Shown here: positions 49,763 to 59,008 of the stretch, one piece after another
Position numbering within the stretch: the stretch's first letter is position 1
Layout: each line of letters opens with the position of its first letter
Source: Alphaproteobacteria bacterium
GTDB taxonomy: Bacteria > Pseudomonadota > Alphaproteobacteria > GCA-2746255
Assembly: GCA_965249135.1 (NCBI GenBank)
Contig: OZ252220.1
Span: 1,088,001 to 1,152,000, forward strand
Length of the DNA stretch: 64,000 nucleotides
Reading direction: 5' to 3'
The notes under the pieces: generated by a model
The model's input: only the letters and a program-made list of their open reading frames with translations
What the model was told of the DNA's origin: nothing
The model's database searches: none
Translations under genes and position numbers: made by a program

Positions 49763-50362
49763 GTGACGCATCAGATTAAAAATCGTTTTAGCGGAGCCGT
49801 CATTTTCGAGGCAGTTACGGACCTGCGCGAGGCGGACCTGTGTGGGGCGGACCTGAGCGAGGCGGACCTATACGGGACGGACCTGAGCGAGGCGGACCTG
49901 CGCGGGGCGGACCTGCGTGGGGCGGACCTATACGGGGCGAACCTGCACGGGGCGGACCTGAGCGAGGCGAACCTGCGCGGGGCGATTCTGCGCGAGGCGG
50001 ACCTGCGCGGGGCGAACCTGCACGGGGCGGACCTGCGCGGGGCGGACCTATATGGGGCGGACCTGAGCGGGGCGGACCTGCGTGGGGCGGACCTGCGCGG
50101 GGCGAATCTGCACGGGGCGGACCTGAGCGAACAGGGCATTTTGCAAATTAATGGCTTGGCCTGGCCTGTTTTAATCGGGCCAACCAAAATGGCTATCGGC
50201 CGTGAATGCCACGCCCATGAAGAGTGGAGTGCGTTTTCCGACCGCAAAATTGTTGAGATAGACGGCAAGAATGCCCTGACGTTCTGGCACAAAAATAAGG
50301 ACTGGCTTTTAGATCGCTGCCGGTGGGCCGCTACGTTCCAGAAAAAAGAGAAGGCATCATGA
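49763..50362 (+). CDS. Pentapeptide repeat protein, copy 3 (21 repeats)
   Basis: GTG start; more divergent, Ser/His/Tyr-rich repeats. Confidence 0.88.
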   Translation: MTHQIKNRFSGAVIFEAVTDLREADLCGADLSEADLYGTDLSEADLRGADLRGADLYGANLHGADLSEANLRGAILREADLRGANLHGADLRGADLYGADLSGADLRGADLRGANLHGADLSEQGILQINGLAWPVLIGPTKMAIGRECHAHEEWSAFSDRKIVEIDGKNALTFWHKNKDWLLDRCRWAATFQKKEKAS

Positions 50363-50625
50363 CCCGCGCCCTTGCCCGTACCGGAGATCCCATTACCTCC
50401 CATGCGGCGGCGGATTTCGTCACGCCACATCTGACCAACCTTGAGCAGAAGGTTCTCCAGGCGTTAGAGGATTCGCGTTACGGGCTCACCACAAAACAAA
50501 TTGCCGAAAAGACCGGGATTGACCGGGTCACAGTAAGCCCACGGATGAAGCCCCTTAAGAATAAAGGCTTGGTTGTTCGTACCGAATCCCGGCGCGACGG
50601 CTCGCAGGTATGGAGGGCGGCGTGA
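50359..50625 (+). CDS. Winged-helix DNA-binding protein
   Basis: [13 protein letters not shown]...[31 protein letters not shown]. Confidence 0.75.
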   Translation: MTRALARTGDPITSHAAADFVTPHLTNLEQKVLQALEDSRYGLTTKQIAEKTGIDRVTVSPRMKPLKNKGLVVRTESRRDGSQVWRAA

Positions 50626-50730
50626 CCGCCTTCTGGCTCACCTTCTTGGAATGGGCCGGGAAGCTTTGCTTCGCCGTGGCGGTGATGTTGGTCGGGGCAA
50701 TCTTCGCAATGGCATGGATGGGGTCGTGAG

Positions 50731-50976
50731 ATGACCGGCGGGCCGCAATTCATCAAGGATCCGCTGGTTATCATATATCGGACTGAACCGAAGGGCCCCA
50801 TCGTAACGAATATCGTGAAGTCTGATCTCGACCATTGCGGTTTCGGGCTTCTGATCGCGGACCTGATTCGTCATGCCGCTGCCGCCTACGGCGTGAGCGG
50901 GGAAGATGTCGTGGATTGGGTGAACCGGGAAATGAACGCCCCGACTACGAAGCTTGAAGGAGGGACGCGGCAATGA
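50731..50976 (+). CDS. Hypothetical phage protein
   Basis: 81-aa ORF in the early operon. Confidence 0.55.
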   Translation: MTGGPQFIKDPLVIIYRTEPKGPIVTNIVKSDLDHCGFGLLIADLIRHAAAAYGVSGEDVVDWVNREMNAPTTKLEGGTRQ

Positions 50977-51077
50977 CCGCACTCGCCCGTGACGCGCAAG
51001 ATTACTGGTCGCTCTGTTGGACGGCTTGGAATGGTCCGCCGCCGTGGATTCCGCTTATTGCTTTGGAGGGTGAGGGT

Positions 51078-51263
51078 ATGAACCGGATCGACTTCGAGAC
51101 ACGCGCTTGGGAGATCCTCAACAATATCTCCACGCTGGAGAGACTTGCCGCCGCCGATCCCGAAGGCGCACGACACGTAAGAGATTGGCTGGCTGACGCG
51201 AGCGGCCGGCTTGTCTGCCTATTGGCGAAAATTGAAAGCGGCCGTTTCAGAAAGGCCGGCTAA
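51078..51263 (+). CDS. Hypothetical phage protein
   Basis: GAGGG RBS, MNRIDFETRAWEIL; stop overlaps next start. Confidence 0.5.
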   Translation: MNRIDFETRAWEILNNISTLERLAAADPEGARHVRDWLADASGRLVCLLAKIESGRFRKAG

Positions 51264-51901
51264 TGCCACATCAAATCTACCGGACAAAAGACGGCACGCG
51301 CGTCCCCTCCGTCACTACCGTGATTTCCCGTTTCAAGGAATCCGGCGGCCTCATTCATTGGGCCTGGCAAGAAGGTGTAGATGGCCGGGACTACCGGGAA
51401 ACCCGCGACAAGGCGGCGGACGCCGGCACCCTCGCGCATTTGCTCGTCGAACAATGGATCAAGGGAGATACGCCGGACATCGAAGGGCCGGAAGATGTGG
51501 TGCAAAAAGCCCAAGCCGCTTTCGGGGCGTTTCTTGAATGGGCAGGCCAAACACAACTCAAAGTCATCCATTCCGAAGTTCCCTTGATTTCTGAAAAACA
51601 CCGCTTCGGCGGATGCCTTGACGCCATGCTTATCAAAGGGAAATTGGCGATCGGCGATTGGAAGACTTCGAATCGCATCTACCAGGACCATCTGATTCAG
51701 ATTGCAGCTTACGGCGAATTGTGGAGCGAGAATTTTCCCGCTCAACCGATCGGGGGCGGCTATCACATCATCCGCTTTGCAAAAGATCATGGCGACTTCG
51801 CGCACCATTATTTCCCCGACCTTTCGGATGCGTGGCGCGCCTTTGAACTCATGCGGGAACTTTACGACATCGACAAATCATTGAAGAAGCGGGCAGCGTA
51901 A
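51263..51901 (+). CDS. PD-(D/E)XK exonuclease (RecB/Cas4-like phage recombination nuclease)
   Basis: VPSVTTVI, GTLAH, E..L, GCLD, DWKTS, QIAAY. Confidence 0.85.
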   Translation: MPHQIYRTKDGTRVPSVTTVISRFKESGGLIHWAWQEGVDGRDYRETRDKAADAGTLAHLLVEQWIKGDTPDIEGPEDVVQKAQAAFGAFLEWAGQTQLKVIHSEVPLISEKHRFGGCLDAMLIKGKLAIGDWKTSNRIYQDHLIQIAAYGELWSENFPAQPIGGGYHIIRFAKDHGDFAHHYFPDLSDAWRAFELMRELYDIDKSLKKRAA

Positions 51902-51912
51902 AGGAGAGGCCA

Positions 51913-52275
51913 ATGGTTAATGTAAACGAGAGCTTTCCGTCAGAATATCTGCGCGGGACCGATCTTAAGGATAAAGAAGCCGCCGTTAATATCTCTCATG
52001 TGGAAACACGCGATGTTGGCGGTGATCCAAAACTGGTAATTTTTTTCCAGAATAAAAAAAAGGGCGTCGTCTTGAATAAGACGAATGCCATGAACATTGC
52101 TTCCGGTTATGGACCGGAGACGGATAGCTGGATCGGTAAGAGCGTGATTTTATATCCGGCTTTGGTTGATTTCCAGGGCAAGTCTGTTTTGGCAGTCCGG
52201 ATCAGACCCAACCCAAACGGTGGGCAGCCAGAGCGGCCGCCAGTATCGGAACCGCCCGGCGACATACCGTTTTAG
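51913..52275 (+). CDS. Putative single-stranded DNA-binding protein
   Basis: FPSEYLRGTDL...LNKTNA...W-GK; acidic tail ending DIPF. Confidence 0.7.
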   Translation: MVNVNESFPSEYLRGTDLKDKEAAVNISHVETRDVGGDPKLVIFFQNKKKGVVLNKTNAMNIASGYGPETDSWIGKSVILYPALVDFQGKSVLAVRIRPNPNGGQPERPPVSEPPGDIPF

Positions 52276-52371
52276 GACACACCATGAGCCGCGTACAGAA
52301 TGAATTTAGTGTCACACCACCATGTATTCGCGGCATTGCACGCGGGATAACATGGCGACTCAGCCTATGGG

Positions 52372-52518
52372 GATAAGACGGAAACCGATTCCTGTTGGTT
52401 GTGGACAGGCAAAAAACGCGGCATTGGATACAGCGTATTCACGAGCGGCGGCAAAACCCAGGGCGCACATCGGACCGCAACGGTGTTGCTGCCGGAGGAG
52501 AAGCAGGAAAATGACTGA
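52372..52518 (+). pseudogene. HNH homing endonuclease N-terminal remnant
   Basis: DSCWLWTGKKRGIGYSVFTSGGKTQGAHRTA with no start codon and no HNH core. Confidence 0.6.
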
Positions 52519-52792
52519 CATCATCACCAACATAGAATTTTTACGAGTCGTCATCCTCACCGAAAAAGAGCTCGCCGGGCTCGAGGCCCTTAAGGGCGCC
52601 ACCTCCCCGGGTAGCTGGACCTGGGGCGGCTCTGAGAACGGTTACCGGGTTTATGACGCCAACGGTTTCATGGTTGCGGAAACGCCAGGCAAGACGCCAC
52701 AGGATCAGGCCAACGCGCGTTTCATGGCCGGCGCCGCTGGCGCTATTCACATCCTGATTGCTTCCCATCGCGCACTGCAGAAAGAGAAATGA
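52511..52792 (+). CDS. Ea22/Ead-like hypothetical phage protein
   Basis: ATSPGSW...ANARFMAGA pattern; AGGA RBS. Confidence 0.6.
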   Translation: MTDIITNIEFLRVVILTEKELAGLEALKGATSPGSWTWGGSENGYRVYDANGFMVAETPGKTPQDQANARFMAGAAGAIHILIASHRALQKEK

Positions 52793-52882
52793 GATGGCGA
52801 AGAAGAACATCGCGGCACTGGTCGCCAGCTATCGGGAACTGCGGGAACGGGTTTTAAGGATGATAGACGGAAGAGGGCCGAG

Positions 52883-53113
52883 ATGAACTGCCTTTGGTGC
52901 GATAGGCCGTTCGAAGCGAAGACCATGGGCGGCAGGGAGAAGCGGTTCTGCTCGGATCGGTGCCGGCAGGTCTTCCACAACGCGCTCCGGCTCTGGGGCC
53001 GTGTCGCCTTTCGGGAAGGACTAGTATCCATAGAAACCCTAAAGGGCTTTATTTCAACGTGTACGTTGGCAGGAGTGGCCAAGCCGCCCTCCCCGGCCGA
53101 TGAGGCCGCCTGA
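52883..53113 (+). CDS. Small zinc-finger protein
   Basis: CLWCDRPF...FCSDRCR. Confidence 0.6.
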   Translation: MNCLWCDRPFEAKTMGGREKRFCSDRCRQVFHNALRLWGRVAFREGLVSIETLKGFISTCTLAGVAKPPSPADEAA

Positions 53114-53415
53114 TGGGAGAAATGGCTCCAAACTACCCGCAGCGCAAGGAACCCCCTTTCAGTCCCAAGGAGATCGCCAGCCGGTGGAGCTGTACCCCCG
53201 CTCATGTAAGGAATCTAGCCGATTCCGGCAAGCTGCCTTGCTTTCGCTCCGGCCGGCTGATTAGGATACGGGCGGAGGATCTCTACGAATACGAGCGGGG
53301 GGGATGCGGGCCAAGCTCTACCGGGGAAGCTGGTACGCCGTGTGGACGGAAAACGGCCAAACCAAGCGCATCGCCCTGCGGACCAAGGATCGTGCGGTCG
53401 CCGAACAACGACTAG
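53113..53415 (+). CDS. xis: Excisionase (HTH_17-like)
   Basis: FSPKEIASRWSCTPAHVRNLADSGKLPCFRSGRLIRI; overlaps integrase. Confidence 0.8.
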   Translation: MGEMAPNYPQRKEPPFSPKEIASRWSCTPAHVRNLADSGKLPCFRSGRLIRIRAEDLYEYERGGCGPSSTGEAGTPCGRKTAKPSASPCGPRIVRSPNND

Positions 53416-54257
53416 CGGATCTGAACCGGCAATCCACCGGCCCTCTCGATTCCATCGCCGACATTTACGAGGCCTACTGCAAGGAGAAGGCGCCGGGCCT
53501 GGCCTCCTTCGAGCGCATCCCCGGCGCCTGGAAGGTGCTGAAACCTCACTTTGGATCGCTGCGGCCCGATCAGGTGACACGTCTGGCCTGCCGGAACTAC
53601 GCGAAGGCCAGAAAGTGCGCCGGCCGCAAGGACGGAACGATCCTGAAGGAGCTCTCCCTTCTCCGCGCCATCCTGCGCTGGCACGACCCGCGGACGCCGG
53701 CAGTGTTCGAGATGCCCCCGGCGCCGCCACCGCGCGATCGCCATCTCTCACGGAGAGAGTACGGGCAACTGCTTGATGCCTGCCGGGCGCCGCATGTCCG
53801 GCTCTTCGTCCTGCTGGCCCTGGCTACGGCAGCGCGCAGTATGGCCCTGCTGGAACTGACCTGGGGCCGCGTGGATTTCAAACGTGGATTGATAAATTTG
53901 GGGGGAAAACAGGGGAAGAAGAAAGGAAGGGCGACCGTCCCGATGACAGAGACGGTGCGGGGGGCCCTCGAGGAAGCCCTGAGGGCGGCGAGGACGGACT
54001 TCGTGATCGAGTACGCGGACAAGCCGATCAAGCAGATCCGGCGCGCTTTTACCGCCACTTGCAAACGGGCAGGGTTGAAGAATGTAAGCCCGCATGTGCT
54101 GCGCCACACGGCCGCCGTTTGGATGGCTGAAAGCCGGGTTCCGATGAGCGAGATTTCAGCTTTTTTAGGACATGCCGATTCGCGGATTACGGAACGGGTC
54201 TATGCCCGCTTCAGCCCAGAATATCTGAGACGGGCCGCGGCGGCGCTGGAGGGCTGA
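53304..54257 (+). CDS. int: Tyrosine recombinase/integrase
   Basis: TAAR, K, HVLRHT, LGH, VY catalytic residues; adjacent to att. Confidence 0.95.
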   Translation: MRAKLYRGSWYAVWTENGQTKRIALRTKDRAVAEQRLADLNRQSTGPLDSIADIYEAYCKEKAPGLASFERIPGAWKVLKPHFGSLRPDQVTRLACRNYAKARKCAGRKDGTILKELSLLRAILRWHDPRTPAVFEMPPAPPPRDRHLSRREYGQLLDACRAPHVRLFVLLALATAARSMALLELTWGRVDFKRGLINLGGKQGKKKGRATVPMTETVRGALEEALRAARTDFVIEYADKPIKQIRRAFTATCKRAGLKNVSPHVLRHTAAVWMAESRVPMSEISAFLGHADSRITERVYARFSPEYLRRAAAALEG

Positions 54258-54385
54258 AAAAAGCACCGTGCGGTGGTTCATTTGAACCATTTTTGACCGA
54301 TGTTCTTGTTTTAGACATGCCTAAACGACGCAAGGAGATGCTTAAAAAGCGTTAAATGCTGCCAGTTTTCTAGAGGAAAGTGTTG

Positions 54386-54430
54386 TTCGGGAGGCGGGGG
54401 TCGGTGGTTCGAGTCCACTCACTCCGACCA
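54386..54430 (+). repeat. att core, right copy (displaced tRNA-Pro 3' half)
   Basis: TTCGGGAGGCGGGGGTCGGTGGTTCGAGTCCACTCACTCCGACCA. Confidence 0.95.
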
Positions 54431-54477
54431 ATCTCACCACCCGTCCTTGCCCCGAACGAAGGCCTTTGAGACGAGCG

Positions 54478-56676
54478 ATGAGCGTCGAGATTCTCACGCA
54501 GGCCGTGCGTCATCACGAGGCCGGCCGGCTGGAAAAGGCAGAAGCGCTTTACCGCGAGGTGCTAAAGCTAGAGCCGAACCAGCCGGACGCGCTGCGCCTG
54601 CTCGGCGTGCTGGCCCACCAAAAAGGCGGCCATGGCGCCGCCGTCGTGGCGATCGAACGGGCCATCGCCATCGCGCCCGAGGTCTCGGCCTATCACGGCA
54701 ATCTGGCAACCGCCTTGCGGGCGTTGGGACGGACGGAAGAAGCGATCCGGCATTTCGAGAAGGCCGTCGCGCAGGAGCCGGGCCTTGCCCCCCACCACTA
54801 CAACCTGGCGATCGCACTGAAGGCGGCGAAGCGCCCGGAGGAGGCGCTGCCCTGTTTCGAGAAGGCGCTTGCGCTTAAGTCGGATCACCTCGAGGCGCGA
54901 TTCGCCTATGGGAATGCGCTTCGCGAAATGGGCCGGCCCGAGAAGGCGCGGCGCCAGTACAAGAAGGCGCTCTTCTACGATCCGAAATTCGCGGAGGCCC
55001 ATCGCGCGCTCGGCGAGCTCGCTTACGAGCAGGCGGAGTGGGAGCAGGCGCTATCCCATTTCGAGCGGGCGCTTTCGCTCGACACGCCCTTTCCGGAAGC
55101 GGTCCTGATCGGCATCACCTGGGTCTTTTCGTTCCTGTCCTCGAACGCCTACCAACCGAACGTCGAGAATCTGCTGCTGAAGTGCTTCGCCTCGCCGGAC
55201 GTCGGGCATCAGAGACTCGCCCTGCTCAGCGCCGAACAGATCCGTTTCAAGTACCCACACATCTTCGATGGGGAGGCGAAGGACCCCGGCGATGCGGAGG
55301 CCTTCCTCGAGGACCCGCTACTGCGCGCCCTGCTTGCAAAAGCAATCAATGTCGATGCCGCGCTCGAGCGGCCCCTCACCCGCCTTCGCCGCTGGTTTTT
55401 TCTTGCCGGTGACGTGCCGGCGCAGGCGCTTTCCTTCCTCGCCGCGCTCGCCGAACAGGGCCTGAACAACGAATACGCATTCCTGGTGAGTCCGGAAGAG
55501 GAAGCGAAGCTGGCCGCCCTGAAAACCGAACTCGAATCCGATCTCACACCGGCCACGGACCTGACGGCCACGGATTTGGACGAAACGCTTTGCCGCAAGC
55601 TTCTTTTGTTTTCGCTTTACGCGCCTTTGCATACGCTTGCCGAGCCCGACAAGCTGAAAGGCGTTTCCTTGGATTCCTGGCCCAGCTATCTGCAGCCGAT
55701 CGTTCGGCGCACGCTTCTCGACTGGTTCGAAGAGGCGGCCATCAAGGCGAAGCTGCCGGCGCTTACACCGATCGCGGACGCCACCTCCCGCGCCGTCCGC
55801 TCCCAATATGAGGAAAACCCCTACCCGCGTTGGTTTTCCGCCGATCGCCAGCGGCGAGGGGTCCTGCCGGCGAACCTGAAATCCGCCGCCGCGAACTTCG
55901 CAAGTGCCGACGGCTCCGCAGAGCCCGACGAAATCCTGATTGCCGGCTGTGGCAGCGGCCAACAGGCGATCTTACGCGCGTTGATGCATCCGCAGGTTCA
56001 AATTACCGCTGTCGATCTGAGCCGCGCGAGCCTGGCTTACGGCGTACGCATGGCCCGCCGGCTCGGCGTCGAAAACATCGATTTCCTTCAAGCCGACCTT
56101 CTGAAACTCGACGTGTTGAAGAAGCAATTTCCACTGATCGAATGCGGCGGCGTGCTTCACCACCTGGCGGACCCTGTCGCCGGGTGGTCGGTGCTAACCG
56201 GCCTGCTTCGCCCCGGCGGCTGGATGTTTATCGGCCTCTATAGCGAGATGGCGCGCAAGGACATCGTCGAAGCCAGAAAATGGATCGCCGAGCTTGGCCT
56301 GAAACCAACGCCCGAAGACATGCGCGCGTTACGGAAACGCCTTTTCTTCGACGCGGGCGACAAGGATCTTCCGAACGTCGAGACGTTCAAACGCGGTAAC
56401 GACCTGTTCGATCTGAACGGCTGCCGCGACCTTCTCTTTCACGTCCAGGAACACCGCTTCACCCTGCCGCAGATCGGGGAGATCCTGGACCGGCTTGGGC
56501 TTCGTTTCGCCGGGTTCCACCTGGAGGACCCCAGCATCCGGCTGACCTATGGAAGGCAGTACCCGGAGGATTCGGAGATGACCAATCTCGACAATTGGGA
56601 TCGCTTCGAAACGACGTTCCCAAGCGCCTTCGTCAACATGTATCAATTTTGGTGTGAGAAACCGGCGTCGGCCTGA
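54478..56676 (+). CDS. TPR-repeat class I SAM-dependent methyltransferase
   Basis: N-terminal TPRs; VRSQYEENPYPRW, ILIAGCGSG, GVLHHL, RDLLFHVQEHRF. Confidence 0.88.
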   Translation: MSVEILTQAVRHHEAGRLEKAEALYREVLKLEPNQPDALRLLGVLAHQKGGHGAAVVAIERAIAIAPEVSAYHGNLATALRALGRTEEAIRHFEKAVAQEPGLAPHHYNLAIALKAAKRPEEALPCFEKALALKSDHLEARFAYGNALREMGRPEKARRQYKKALFYDPKFAEAHRALGELAYEQAEWEQALSHFERALSLDTPFPEAVLIGITWVFSFLSSNAYQPNVENLLLKCFASPDVGHQRLALLSAEQIRFKYPHIFDGEAKDPGDAEAFLEDPLLRALLAKAINVDAALERPLTRLRRWFFLAGDVPAQALSFLAALAEQGLNNEYAFLVSPEEEAKLAALKTELESDLTPATDLTATDLDETLCRKLLLFSLYAPLHTLAEPDKLKGVSLDSWPSYLQPIVRRTLLDWFEEAAIKAKLPALTPIADATSRAVRSQYEENPYPRWFSADRQRRGVLPANLKSAAANFASADGSAEPDEILIAGCGSGQQAILRALMHPQVQITAVDLSRASLAYGVRMARRLGVENIDFLQADLLKLDVLKKQFPLIECGGVLHHLADPVAGWSVLTGLLRPGGWMFIGLYSEMARKDIVEARKWIAELGLKPTPEDMRALRKRLFFDAGDKDLPNVETFKRGNDLFDLNGCRDLLFHVQEHRFTLPQIGEILDRLGLRFAGFHLEDPSIRLTYGRQYPEDSEMTNLDNWDRFETTFPSAFVNMYQFWCEKPASA

Positions 56677-57815
56677 TGGTGTTCCGCCGATTGGGCGTGC
56701 CCGGCGTTTTCCTCTGCCCCGATTTTCGCGAGTCTGCCTAAAAGGTATTCGATATCGTCGCTGCGCAGATTCTCGTACTGGGTAAGGATCCGCTCGATGA
56801 TGCGCCGGTTGTGACGCTCCCGATCGAACGTCTCGCCGTCGTATTGCGTTTCTTTCGTCACATCGACCGCGATTCGAAAGGCCGGGTAGAGATTCTCAGG
56901 GAGCCCGCTTCGCTGGTAGATTGCCTCCAGCCCCAAATACCCCTTATCGAAGATCAATTGATAGGCGTTCGGTACGGGAACACCGACCCGGATCGCCAGG
57001 CTTGCAACAAAGAAGTCCACGTCCCCCATGCAGGCGGCCCGCAGAATGATGCTGGGCGTCAGACGGTCGTTTTCGTGAAGCTGGTAGACGAGCGCTTCGG
57101 CCGATAATTCGTTGGATTCCGGCCCGAGGAGGGCAAGCGTCGCACGCTCGCGAGTCTGCATCACGAGATCGCTGGCGGCGGCCGCCGACAAATCGTGATG
57201 GGTAATCAATCATTCCCGTAGATTGTCGGTCACCAGGGTCACCAGGCGTTCCGAGATCGAGACCGGCAGCTTGACGCGCTTTACGATGGGCTCCTGGATC
57301 GCCTCGATCTCGCCAAATTGGTCGATGACCTTGTGCAGCGTGAGTTCGGAAAGTTCGGCGCCTTTGTTGCTAACCAGGTTGGCGACGACGACCTCCTCGC
57401 CCGAATCGACGAGCGCTTCCGAAACTGCCTGGGAGACGCGCTTGCGTTTCGAAATCGCGAGTTGTTTTTCGAGGCTTTGACTTTCGATGATTTCGAGGAG
57501 GTCGGCATCCGTCAGCACCTCGCTTGCCTCGAGGATGGGAAGGGCTACCGATTCCACGTCCTTCGCCAAGGTCACCGCCACGTCGTGGGGAAGGAAGGGA
57601 CACGCCTTCAGGTGCTGGGACAGTGCCTCGCGAACGCGCAGCGCCGCGTCCTGGACCAGGACGCGGAAGATCTGTTCGGCAAGCTCGCGTTCCGTATCGC
57701 TTAAGTGACCCGACCCGAACTGCGAGGCAATCTTGGCCGCCGTTTCCGCACGGACATCCGGCAAAGGATCGCTAAGAAGATGGGCAACATCTGCGTTGGT
57801 AAGCCGTTCCGCCAT
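56643..57815 (-). pseudogene. DUF2336 family protein interrupted by one in-frame TGA (57210-57212)
   Basis: ORFs 57210-57815 and 56643-57209 are contiguous in one frame (NLRE*LITHH); LPHDVAVTLAKDVESVALPIL, VANLVSNKGA. Confidence 0.75.
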
Positions 57816-57886
57816 GCCGTTGAGACACCGGATTAAGGTTTCAACCCCTTGAACGTATGGTTTCCCGGGAATTGTAGGCGGACTTG

Positions 57887-57902
57887 GTTAACAGTTCGTT
57901 AT
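57887..57902 (-). promoter_or_regulatory. Possible CtrA binding site upstream of the DUF2336 gene
   Basis: Minus strand ATAA-CGAACTG-TTAAC, one mismatch to TTAA-N7-TTAAC. Confidence 0.4.
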
Positions 57903-58023
57903 ACGCAGGGGTTGCCGGGCCTTCGATTCCCGGCCCGATCGGGGCTTAAGTGCGCCCGCTTGCCGGGTGCGGGCCGGAAACCTATGCTTGGGCTGGGGCT
58001 TTAAGTGGAGAAGGAGGCGGGCG

Positions 58024-58209
58024 TTGGCGGAAGACGGACCGGGAGGCGAGGAGGAGCTTCCCGACATTCTCTATAAGTGCAAGCACTGCACCTACCGCTA
58101 CCCCCTGCAGCAGACGCCGCGCAAGGAAGGGAAGCTGGTCTGTCCCCATTGCGACGAGCCCTTCGAGCTGGACGCGGAGACCCTGGCCGATCTCGCGACC
58201 GGGTACTAG
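58024..58209 (+). CDS. Small zinc-ribbon protein
   Basis: AGGAGG RBS, TTG start, CKHC...CPHC. Confidence 0.6.
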   Translation: MAEDGPGGEEELPDILYKCKHCTYRYPLQQTPRKEGKLVCPHCDEPFELDAETLADLATGY

Positions 58210-58486
58210 GAAAAAACCGGGCATGGGCAGCGTTTGAGCGAAAGCACATAAATTTCAACGGCCTGCCCCGCAACGGGGCGGAAAAACCCTAAACAGTTTA
58301 GCGTTATCCTGGTCCTGGCAGCCCCCATATACTAAGGGCGTCCAGGGAGTGCGGTTGGGTTGCGTAGGCTTTTGAAAGCCAAGGCGCAAGGCGTCGGTTG
58401 ACAGGCTAGCCACCGGCTTTTAATTTCCTAGCGAGAACAAAGCATTCGCCTAGAAAAACGGCGGAAGCGTAAGGGGGAAGACCAGA

Positions 58487-58990
58487 ATGCAGAAATCCCT
58501 AAACATCGACCCCAACAAGTGTACGGGCTGTCTTCAATGTGAAATGGCCTGTGCGTTCGAGCTAGAGGGATCGTTCAACCCCGCCCATTCCCGGATCAAG
58601 ATTTTCCATTTCGAAGAGCAAGGACGTTTCGTCCCATACACCTGCACGCAATGCGCGGAAGCCTGGTGCCTGCATGCCTGCCCGGTCGATGCGATCAAGA
58701 TGAACGCGGAGACGGGCGCAAAAGTGGTGGACGAAGGAGCTTGCGTCGGCTGCAAGGTTTGCACGATCGCCTGCCCCTTCGGCACGGTGAACTACAACCA
58801 GGCGAGCGGCAAAGTCATCAAGTGTGATCTTTGCGGCGGCGATCCGGCCTGCGCGAAGGCCTGCCCGACGGAAGCGATCACCTATGTGGATGCGAACTGG
58901 ACGGGGTTGGATAAGATGCGGGAATGGGCCGCCAAGACGGACACCGGCCAGGCCGCGGCAGCACTGCCGTCGGCGCCTGCCGGGCACTGA
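58487..58990 (+). CDS. 4Fe-4S dicluster ferredoxin subunit (AorA-like)
   Basis: Four Cys clusters CTGCLQCEMAC, CTQC..C..ACP, CVGCKVCTIACP, KCDLC..C..ACP. Confidence 0.9.
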   Translation: MQKSLNIDPNKCTGCLQCEMACAFELEGSFNPAHSRIKIFHFEEQGRFVPYTCTQCAEAWCLHACPVDAIKMNAETGAKVVDEGACVGCKVCTIACPFGTVNYNQASGKVIKCDLCGGDPACAKACPTEAITYVDANWTGLDKMREWAAKTDTGQAAAALPSAPAGH

Positions 58991-59008
58991 ACATCGGGAG
59001 ATAGCACC

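Larger units (their letters stand above)
48172..50366 (+). repeat. Tandem triplication (period 757 bp) of a pentapeptide-repeat gene unit
   Basis: GAGGCCCGTTCCGCC starts at 48172, 48929, 49686; internal 15-bp GCGGACCTGCGCGRG-type repeats. Confidence 0.92.
15809..54430. mobile_element. Temperate podovirus-type prophage (~38.6 kb) integrated in tRNA-Pro
   Basis: 45-bp direct repeat of the tRNA 3' half at both ends, tyrosine integrase next to the right repeat, full phage gene set, no tape-measure or sheath gene recognised. Confidence 0.96.

Noticed and set aside
48249-50362. Diversity-generating retroelement (template and variable repeats)
   Set aside because: No reverse transcriptase in the window and differences are not restricted to adenines
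48257-50430. Alternative-frame ORFs with RRSAP, GRTCA, GGPAR or QVRPA repeats
   Set aside because: Shadow frames of the 15-bp pentapeptide repeat
51263-51901. CRISPR-associated Cas4
   Set aside because: No Fe-S cysteines or cas context; it sits beside an SSB-like gene in a phage recombination module
54386-54430. Second tRNA gene
   Set aside because: Only the 3' 45 nt are present; it is the att duplication
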